Source: Octopus sinensis
Lineage: Eukaryota
Length of the DNA stretch: 64,000 nt
Reading direction: 5' to 3'
NCBI RefSeq assembly: GCF_006345805.1
Contig: NC_043008.1
Span: forward strand, 2,976,001-3,040,000
The translations under genes were made by a program, and so were the position numbers. Of this stretch, positions 53,591 to 64,000 are shown one piece after another (the first letter of the stretch is position 1; every line of letters begins with the position of its first letter). A model generated the notes under the pieces. That model saw only the letters and a program-made list of their open reading frames with translations. It had not been told where the DNA came from and did no database searches.

Positions 53591-55549
53591 ATACATTGGA
53601 CTATTTACTCTCATAGAATTTATTTTAAAATTTATTTCCTATCAAAATTGACTTTGATTATCATTCCTTCTCTCGCTTCTTCACTCTCACCCATACCTTT
53701 CTCTTTGAGAGGGTGATAAAAATAACTGTCATTAATTTATGAGGTTTAATTTAGTCAACTGAGACCTCTTCACCAAAAGAATTGGCATCATCTCAATAGG
53801 AAAGAAATCTGTCCTCTGATCAAAGAAACAAACAGTGAAAACAGTACACAGCTTGACGTCTGTAATTTTCAATTACTTAAATTTCAAAATGATTTAGTAA
53901 GTTTGTTGTTCTTTATCAAAATTCAGGCCTGTGAACTTTTGTTTTCGTTGTTGTTGCATTTTGCAAGACATCAAACAATCCAAAGAATATATGATTATTT
54001 CTATTACTTCCTTGGCAGAAAACATTACAGCAAAAATGATCGGAAAATTAATGTTACTATTAATCTTATGAACCAGGTGAAGTGAAAGTACAGAAACCAC
54101 AACACTATATAATCACTTTGGTTCTTTTCATACCAAAATTCGTTTCAGTAAATTTAACTCATTTCATGGTTTTATTGATACAGAACCAAGAAATACCATG
54201 ATTCATATCACTCCAATATATTGATTAAATAATTTTTTGATTGTTGAGATCATTTTGTGAGTAAATTCTAGTTCTTTATATTTTGAATTAATCTTTATAA
54301 ATTTACAACTTTCTGACAGGATTTTAAATGCTAATTTAACCTATAATTAATTTCTATGCTAGTTCTTGAATGAGTGAGAAAGTGTTTCCTTTTTTTTCTT
54401 TGAAGACTTTGACGCTGCGTTCAACATCAAATTGCATATGGTAAATTTAGTATTATTGATGTACTGTGTTTGATTTATTTATAAGAAACAATTCTTTCAA
54501 TACGTTTAGTAAATAAAATGAAATAGCATAGTTCAATTAAGAAGGGGTGTGAGTATGAACTAATTTATTTTTGCCAATAAAAAAACTGCTATGCTGTATT
54601 TTCGGGTTTTACAATGGTTTGATGTTTGCATTAGTTTTAAGTAATCTATATCTATGTAAATTACAAATTTAAGGGGGCTCCCTTGGTTCTCAGTCATAAT
54701 AAAAATGCAAAATTAAAAAGAAACTGTATACTTTATAATCATGTCACTGCATTCTAATTTTAAGGCTTAATTATAATAATTTTAAATTTTAATACCTAAG
54801 GAAATATTAATATACAGAGCGGTGAATCAATTTCAACCATATGTTTGAAAATTAAGGCTAAATTGAAGGGATAAACTCATGAATATCACACTAAATGGAA
54901 TTGATTTGCCTGATATTTGCACAATTGTATCAACTAGCTTTTAAATTTCTTATACGACAAACATCGAATAAAAGTCCGCACATAACATTGATAAGGAGCT
55001 TCTTCTCCCTATGAGAGATTTTTTCGACATGATTGAGCACCCAGTTATAAATATCAGGCAAATGTTCTTTTATTTTAAATGCCGAAAGAGAAACTTACAT
55101 AAAGTAGTTCTGCTCATATCTAGTTTAACGACTTGGAGATTAAGACTAGATTTCTAGTCCTCCTATGTCTACACTAGGAAGGCTCATCTTTAATTAAAAA
55201 GCAACTAATATCACAAAGACAAAAAGTAATACAACATCGGTAAAATATTTTAATTGCTTGCATGAAAAGATTATCATTCAAATGGTCTTAACTTTCACTC
55301 CCGTAGTTTTATTCCAATAGCAACGAAAGACCTATGGTGAAACTGGGAAGCCACAATGACTTCGACAGTTTTACCTCAAAACGATATTTTACGTGCCATC
55401 ATATGAGAAATACATTGCACTCATAAAAGTATCGTTAGGAAACTTGTTTTACAACCACTAAGTCAAGTTTCATAACACGGCTTGGAAAATCTTGATCTAT
55501 ATCTACTACAATTGTCAATGCTCGACACTGCTTTATACAAGCGTACCCA

Positions 55550-55735
55550 CATACATACATACATACATACATACATACATACATACATACATACATACAT
55601 GCTTACATATATACATACACGCATACATGCATGCATACATACACACATACAAGCATACATGCATACATACACACATACATACACGCATACATACATACAT
55701 GCATGCATATATACATACATACACATATACATACA
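55550..55735. repeat. (CATA)n-type microsatellite
   Basis: Read directly. Confidence 0.95.
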
Positions 55736-56267
55736 CAAACATATGAGTGTTTATAAAGCCATAGCGTCATCAGGTGTTAGCGGTGAGTATATATTATTTA
55801 TCCACGTGACTTACGCGTTTTTCATGTAGCATCAATTTCCGAAAGTAACGAATTATGCAAGCATGTTTGCTTTGATAAGTCATAGAATTGTATATTCCAA
55901 AAGTTATTCCAAATAAGGAACGCTCGATCATCAGACTGGTGGAGCAACAAAACTTCATTAATTATTATGCCGAATAATGTCTCCCCAGCGTCTGTCAATT
56001 TAGTTTAATCATTAAGTTAATACGTGATTGTTTATGATTGCAGCTGTAAAGTTAATTTCTTATACTACTCCTCCTAATACTACAACGCACACGTCATGAC
56101 TATAGCAACCATTTGTCATACATTGCCAAATAGAAGCACCGTCAATCTCCGATGGTGTCTCATAAAATATTGGGAATATTAACTGCATCGACCTCATATC
56201 ATATGCAGCCATGGCGAAAACAAAAGGACGACGCACAATGTGAGTAATGATAAATGCTACTAACATA

Positions 56268-56383
56268 GTTGCAGGAATGGCTGGGAGGCAAGAAGCTTGC
56301 TTCCCAACCACATGCTTCCGAGTTCAGTCCCACTGTGCGGCATCTTAGACAAGTGTCTTCTATTATACCCTCCGGCCGACCAG
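56268..56383 (+). mobile_element. SINE family A, head only
   Basis: gcaggaatggctgggaggcaagaagcttgcttcccaaccacatgcttccgagttcagtcccactgtgcggcatcttagacaagtgtcttct. Confidence 0.85.
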
Positions 56384-58415
56384 TCAGAAGTGTGAAAGAA
56401 AATTGAGGAAATGCTTTTGGTTGATGAAAACGAAGCCAACGCTTGGTGCCATAGTTTAAAGATAACGAGAATCTGTCAGGTAAAATTGGCCTCCGGAAGA
56501 AAACACAGTGATATATATTGACCGACGCTTTAAACACACCAATTCTCTTAATTTAAAAATGTCTTAAGTAAACACAACGTCAGATATTTTGTGAAACTGG
56601 GTTTTTTTCTTTATCATTTTTAATTTTTTCTTTTTTTAGATTAAATGAAAATCAGTCGTTGACTGATATGTTTTTTATCCACCCACTAGAAAGAATTTGA
56701 AGGTTGATATTCTGTGCGGATCTGTAGTCAAAAGGAAAGAGAAAGTAGAACAAGTACCCAAGAATTCCACCAATACCTGTTCTCTAACGATTCAACACAC
56801 CGTACCATGTTCAAAAGAAAGTTTTTTTTTTTTATATATACACTTAAGTCTATTAATTTTGAAGCCGACGAAATTTCTCAAATTTTCTGACTCCAATACT
56901 TAACAGTCATTTATTTCATGGAAATGAAAGGCAAATTTCTGACTGGGTTTTGAATACAAGGGTGAAACTTTTCTGACTCTCACCATTTTACTAATCCACC
57001 ATCTTTGATGTTTAGAATTATAATGTATGGAATATAGAGACGGATAAAACAAATAGATACACGAAATCATAATCAAAGTGTATAGAAAAATAGATATCTA
57101 CAATAGTCCAAACGCCAGAATACGTTATGAGATATCGCATGTGTCCCATAAATATCTCTCATTCTCGGCATTTTTTCAGGTATCACTCCATCGTATTTGC
57201 ATCCTAATGCAGTAACACACGTGTTATTGCTTAGAATGTTGTATTTGTTTTCTATTTCATCGAGTGCCCTCGCTAAATCATATTGCCTCAAGATTTATAT
57301 ACGTTATCATTGCGCAATATCTATTTGCATGATTAGTGCATACACGCCCCCACAATATAGGCATACACGCATATACAAATACACAGACATACACACACAC
57401 ATCGATATATACATATATATATACATATATGTATGTATGTATTTCTGTCTGTGTACACATTTTCATTCATTCATTGATGTCTAAATGCGTACTTGTATAT
57501 ATAATGTATATACACCTACATTGATGGAAATAAACCAAAATGTATATTTCTAATATATGTATATTCACATACACACATATACACTTTAGAATTCACACAT
57601 TCACACACATAATGAATCACAGCTCTTTTTCACAAGTGAATATTTTATTTATTGTTGACAAGACACCCTTAAAATCGTAAGAGATGATTACCAGAAATTA
57701 AATATATTTCATAAAGACTTCCTTTATAGAATGCCTACTCATAATTTACGACAGACGAATTCATCTTTATTTCTTTGAATCATCCAGCTATTAACATTGT
57801 TTCTTCCATTATATTGTTTCTGGTTGTCTGAAGGTGGACCATGTAATTTTAACGTCAAACACAAAACATCTCGAACAATTCCGATTGTAAATTGTCTGTT
57901 CGCGGTCACACCAATCAAGCAATCGATTACATATGTTACTGGGGCTATAAAGAAAGACATATAGCAGCTATAGTTGACACCTGTGAATCTGGTTGCTGCT
58001 ATTAATTGTCCAAAGAGCCATTCCGAAAAGCGATATAAAACAAAATTACTATAGCATTGTTTTATTCACTTTTGCAAAAATGGATATTTGCTGAGTTAAA
58101 AATGGACACTTCTCTCAGAAAAACTTAAGAAATAGAAGAGGATATTCATTTGAAACAATTATAGAAGACAAAAAAAACAAATAATACGAGGAAGAGCCAT
58201 TTATTTGGCTTCTTTATTGTTATTACATTTTGTCTTATAGCTCTTATTTCACAAAATAAAGGAAAACATTATTGGCTAATGTTTGTATTGATGTGATAGA
58301 ATTAATGAATATTTGTTTTGTCATCTTGAAATATGTTTTCATTTTTTTACTATGTATAGAGGTCAAGCCTGTACCAACGTGTTTGTTGAGAAGAGAAAAA
58401 TAGTGAAAGACAAGA

Positions 58416-58448
<33 letters not shown>

Positions 58449-59586
58449 TACGTAATGAATCAATGATAGAGAAAGAAAGTGACTGAGTGCCTTTGCTAAC
58501 CTCTATAAATTAATATCACTATCACAACACATATCCGAAGTTTATAGCCATCCTGTGTGAGGACAGCGCTTTTGAATTCAACTAATTCAACTTGACGTGA
58601 AAGTCATCTCTGTAGTCACGAACCCTGCTTGAGAAATCAGATAAATCAACCATTTAGATACACAGCACTCAGTGAAACAACTGAAACATTTTTAGACAAT
58701 ATAGTACAGTTATATAAACGTGAAACATATGAGATAGTCACATCTGGAATGTCTTTTGAACTCAGTGTTCAGCACTCTAACCTACAACTCCAACAACGAG
58801 ACTGACCTCTGTAGCAAAGGTCCATCCAAGGGGTTTCTAAGTGGTTGATGCATTGTTCCGCAATACTAGCTTCATCTGCATTAAATTATACTCTACGATC
58901 TGAGTAAAGAAACACCGCTGTAATAGTGGATGGTAATAGTAGAGACTATGAATACGTGAATCTAAAGTGATGCGTTTGAACTACTTGTAACACTTTTAAT
59001 CATAGCTCGGATTGATTCGAGCATAAATATAGATTAAACATTTATAAACCAACAAAGGAGTCGTTCGACTTGTCATAATATCTATTGTCATTTCGTTTTC
59101 TTTTCTAAATCATGTCAGCGCAGGCGCAGTCGAAAAATAATGGTAAAGTAATAGGATATTTGAAAGTAAATCAATTTGATCCACTGATCAGTCACAGCGT
59201 CGGTGTCTCAAACATGAGTCGCAATACATGTCTTACACAGCAAATTGCATATAGGATTAGACTTAGAAAACGGCAGGCTACGGATAGAGGTTACTCAAAG
59301 AACTGTATGTACAGACGGGCAAGCAAATGTTGCATATGTTGCACTTTCATTTACGCGAATTTATGAAAAGTTCCCGTGAATGAAACCAGATTATTATCCA
59401 AAATAGAGGCGAACACATTTTTCCAGGTGATCGGCTTGAAAAATGTTTAAAATACAAGATTGTTTCCAACTCTTCTTAACATGAAACCAGTGGTAGCCTT
59501 ACTTCAGGAATAAAGAAAATATACATACATGTCCTACATGTATATACAGGAAAACATATCTATATGCATGCATAGAAAACCATTTA

Positions 59587-59643
<57 letters not shown>

Positions 59644-60076
59644 TTATTTATAATGCACTGAGATGCATCTAAATCTACACATGCTTATTCAAGCAAAAGT
59701 CAATTTTGTAAGGATGTTAGCCTTTGCATAAAATTAGATGTCTAAATATATGTGTATGTGCATATGTCTGTGTGTGTATGTGTGTACGTGTGTGTGTGTC
59801 TGTGTGTCTGTGTGTCTGTGTGTATGTGTGTGTATGTGTATGTGCATGCATGTGTGTGTATGTGTGTCTGTGTGTGTGTGTATGTGTGTTTGTGCAGGGT
59901 GTTCGAGAAAGATTTAGCCATTGATATTTCTTAATTCTTCAAAAATAAAGTTATGCTAGAATAATGAAATTTGGCGCACATGTTCTAGTGTAAATTTTGA
60001 ATCTCCTGGAGTAATTTTATTTTCAAATGACCACCTTTCGTCTTGATGAAGTAATCTAACTCATCTAAATACAAAC

Positions 60077-60155
<79 letters not shown>

Positions 60156-60227
60156 ATATACATATGTATATATATATATACATACTAATATATATACATA
60201 TATATACATATATACACACATATGTAT

Positions 60228-60260
<33 letters not shown>

Positions 60261-60282
60261 ATGTATGTATATGTATATATAT
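59587..60282. repeat. (TA)n/(TG)n microsatellite cluster
   Basis: Read directly: (TA)n at 59587-59640 and 60078-60250; TG-rich at 59750-59895. Confidence 0.9.
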
Positions 60283-60534
60283 GAACGCAACCAGAATTTT
60301 CATCTTCAGTCAAATATAATAATCTAGTCCAAATTGCTGAATGAGTATCCGCTTAATTTGGCTCTGGATTGGCACGACTGTACTGGCATCAAGTCATACA
60401 GATTGTTATAACGAAGCCAAATCAAGCAGTGTGCATGGAAACAAAAATACAGGGACGCAAGAAGATTGTATTGCTATAAGAAATCACACAAAGACATGTC
60501 CAGGTAAAACAGTATTGCCTATAAAGCATTGTTT

Positions 60535-61443
60535 TACGATGTGCCATTTAAAATTTCCTGGTTAAGCTCTGTAGTGCGCTAAGAGATGGTAGGACACAGT
60601 TTCGTGTACATTTACAGCCAGCAGTAACCATTAGGAAGTAACGTTCTGAGTGACATCTGTCTATTTAGTTCGCAGATTGTGAAATTTATGTTTTTGAGGT
60701 CAGGTGTGTGCTGTAGTCAGCGGGTTTGTTGCGGAAAGGGAGTTGGAACAAAGAGTCAACGTAAACTTTCGCGTTTACCCTGGGAAGTCTGCATATTGAG
60801 ACATTGATCATGCTTCGGCAAGCTTACGGTGTCGAGGTATGTGTTGTACGCAATGCTTTGAGTGGCACAGTAGCTTGAAAAGCGGAAATACGTCCATAGA
60901 AGACGATGAGCGATCTAGATAACCTGCCACGGGCGTCATTACCTGTGGCATTGCGCATCGAGAATTCGTCTTAAGGGCCAGACTGTCAATTGACAGTTTT
61001 AATGGGACGCATTGAAGCGTTTGTTGGAGGACATTTGGCGAAAGCGAACGATTCTTTGGAGCGCGAAGAATTGGATTCTGCACCTTGTCACTGGCCTCTC
61101 CACACTTGCGAGTTTCTCCCTCAAACAACATGGTATCATTTCCGCTTCCAGCTATTCGCCAGATTTAGCACCTGCGGAATTCCATCTCTTCTCCAAGATG
61201 AAAAAGCAGCTCAAAAGTCACCGTTTTAACACCTTTACCGAGATTCGCAACGAATCACAAGAGTTCCTTGACTCGCTTCCGGAAAACGACTTCCAGGCTG
61301 GATTCCAAAAGCGGTAGGAACGCTGGGATCGATGTATTTTTGCGCAAGCTGACTATCTCGAAGGAGATGATGCTAAAATTTAGGTAAATATGTTATCTTT
61401 TATTAAACGTGACTCATCCGCGGACTTTAAATTCCCCCTCGTA
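60535..61443 (+). mobile_element. Internally deleted mariner element
   Basis: TA-bounded imperfect TIRs (TACGATGTGCCATTTAAAATTTCC and ggactttaaattccccctcgTA). Peptides ELEQRVNVNF, MLRQAYG, CFEWH, EDDERS, then the C-terminal SYSPDLAPAEFHLFSKMK...FQKR*ERWDRCI...DYLEGD. Confidence 0.88.
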
Positions 61444-63176
61444 CATAAAGCTGAAAATGCCACTGGTCATGGTAAAAAAATTAGAGAACTAAAGCAATAT
61501 AGTTATTAATGCTAAGATTGGCATTTTTCTAAATGCGTATCAAACGTAGGCAGAATAGTAAATTTTTCCATAAAAACGGATTAATATTTTGTCTGTTGGT
61601 GGCGTAACTTTACCTTTTGGTTTTTGCATTTCCAAGATTGATCATAAATAACGGTCAAATATATCTGAACTATTGTCGTCGCTAGAAATTGATCAAAATC
61701 TTTTCAGGAAAATTGCTCAGTGCCTGAGATCCATTAACACGTAAAATAATAAATTCGAAGACAGGCATTCCACCTGGTCGGTTGACTTTTACTGAAAAAG
61801 TCCAGTTCGTATATCACCATTTCTCTTCTATATAAAATACAAAATTATTATAATGTTGAGTTTCTCTACACATTATGGGTCTGCAGCGAGCTTACAGAAC
61901 CGTACAGCCCTTATCTCGGCTTTCCCAGCATTTATTACCTCATCAGCTGAAAAGGTCGCTAATTTATTCGTAGGGCTGCCGCAATTAATCATTCTTCTTT
62001 TCGTTGAGTTAACTGAAATAACGTGAAATGAAGTTCCTACCCAGAGGACACAAAGCTTAGCTCGAACCGAGGATGAATTCCAACGATTTAACTATGTGCA
62101 ACATAACACCCGGACTATTTAGTTATTCTGACAGGAAGCAGACTAAAAGATGTTTTTGTAGTGGCACCGGGTTTAATTATAGTTCGGATCGATCGAAGCA
62201 AATCCAAAACCATAAATAAAGTGAATAGAAGGGAAGGCAAAACAAAATCGAAAACAGCAATAACATCAACACCAATAAAATAATCGGATAAAACACGAAG
62301 ATAGACATTTCCGTAAAAACAGATGGAAATTCGTAATTATCGGAAGGAAAGTCAGACTTTAAATTAATCTTCAACATCTGTAGGCATGAAAGTTAGAAAG
62401 TAGGGGTCACTTCAAGACTAGGAATTCTGAGAGTTCATTGTGATTTTCGCTCCGTTCTTTCACAACATATTTTTTCACGATGCAGCCATACATACATACA
62501 AATACACAAACATACATAGACACACAAACATATATACATACATACATACATACATACACAAACATACATACATGCATACATATAAATATACATACGTGTG
62601 TATACCTAATACATATGTGTGTGTATTGTGTACGTATATGTATATTAATATGCAGTGCATGTACGTATATGCGTGTGCATAATTGTACATATGTATAGCT
62701 TTTACTTCATGTATTTAAACATAAATGTACATACAGGTTGGCGTATGTGTGTGTGTGAGTGCGGGAGTGTGCGGAAGTGTTTGTGTGTGTAGAAAACGGT
62801 AAGTAAAACATCGCAAGGAATACTATTTTGTACGTGATTTCTGCAAATCTTTGAAACATATTACCATTTATTTTTTTCATCACTTTTTTCATGTATTATA
62901 CTTAAAATGACCCAAGGTTCAAAAGTGTTGTAAGTTCGTAGAAAAGTCTATAATAACAACAACAAAAAGAACAAGACACCATGATGACTTGAAAAGAAAC
63001 AAAAGGTCAGAAAATATCAAAAATAAAAAAAAAATAATAATGAATTTAAATAAAAAAACAACCATTGCCTTCAGAGATATTGGAATCTTCTACTGTCCAA
63101 TAAAACACTTCATCCCTTTGATGCGTGCTATTTCCAAATATTTTCAGTCTATATTAGGCATTCACTGTAATAGTAA

Positions 63177-63253
63177 AAACAACAACAACAATAATGATAA
63201 TGATTATGATGATGATGATGATGATGATGCTAATAATAATAATAATAATAATG

Positions 63254-63315
<62 letters not shown>

Positions 63316-63392
63316 TGTGAGGATACTATTAATATCAATAAGTTTCATTATAAATTTTGTTGTTATTTTTATTATTGTTATTATTATTATTA

Positions 63393-63448
<56 letters not shown>

Positions 63449-63471
63449 ATTATTTTTATTATTATTATTAC

Positions 63472-63515
<44 letters not shown>
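63177..63515. repeat. Head-to-head (AAT)n / (ATT)n microsatellite pair
   Basis: (AAT)n at ~63231-63314, a ~48-bp spacer, then (TAT)n at ~63363-63515. Confidence 0.95.
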
Positions 63516-63516
<1 letters not shown>

Positions 63517-64000
63517 AGCAAAGCTATTTTTAATATAAGAATTGCATTCTTTTACCAGTGTAGCTCTTCAAAGATGTTTTATGAAAGAATCTATGTATAT
63601 AACAGTGGGTGAGACACAATGCAAATGGTGTGAAAATGAATAGCGCAAACAACAGGATAATATGTCTCAAACCAGATCTATATCAAACTTAGATTTCCAA
63701 TAAGAGTGATGCGTCAGGATAAACGGTAATGCGATAACATAAAGCTTTTTTTCTTAACTCTGTATTATTTAAGTTCAAATTCGCACAGAATTGACAACAC
63801 TTTCTTCCATCGAAGGACAATTAATTGTGCAGCACTAATTTACTGCCGTTGATTAATTGGTACAGAGAATCCATTTGCCTGCTAACTGTATTCGAATTGA
63901 TGACAGGTTCTGAGATCTCCAGCATTATCTCTGCCATCCCGTTATTTTCTTCTTTTGTTACTTTTAGCTTATATATGCACCCCGACTTCCATATTTCGAG

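Noticed and set aside
53903-54085. Possible exon ttttgcaag...CAG/gtgaag
   Set aside because: Weak donor, no recognisable peptide, and no linking exons.
59895-60060. Tc1-like terminus CAGGGTGTTCG, with weak similarity to ~13.7 kb (aaggtgaccatttcaaat)
   Set aside because: No partner TIR or transposase motif found; the similarity is too short to support a call.
61905-61950. Minus-strand CTGATGA...GAAAGCC..GGCTG hammerhead-like string
   Set aside because: Helix II does not close, the triplet would end in G (not cleavable), and helix I does not pair.

Overview
This window is AT-rich, repeat-saturated eukaryotic DNA. The SINE families and microsatellite load look cephalopod (Octopus-like); that assignment is from pattern recognition, not a database search. 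I found no confident host protein-coding gene, rRNA, tRNA or CRISPR array, and nearly all ORFs in the track are translations of microsatellites. The window contains many tRNA-derived SINEs of 2-3 families, CR1/RTE/Penelope retroelement remnants of different ages, two ~0.9-kb mariner derivatives (one a 5'-5' foldback), a Helitron-like element with a MITE at its 3' end, hAT fossils, and a near-identical ~1.3-kb tandem duplication bounded by (CA)n tracts. The most interesting signal is a set of short repeats carrying type I hammerhead-ribozyme (HHR) folds. Two unrelated (TA)n-embedded families share a non-canonical CCGA(C/T)GA core instead of CTGANGA (33.6, 37.2, 45.8, 47.4 kb). A 292-bp tandem pair at 16 kb carries minimal CTGATGA hammerheads and resembles a retrozyme. 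Coordinates of old elements are approximate.
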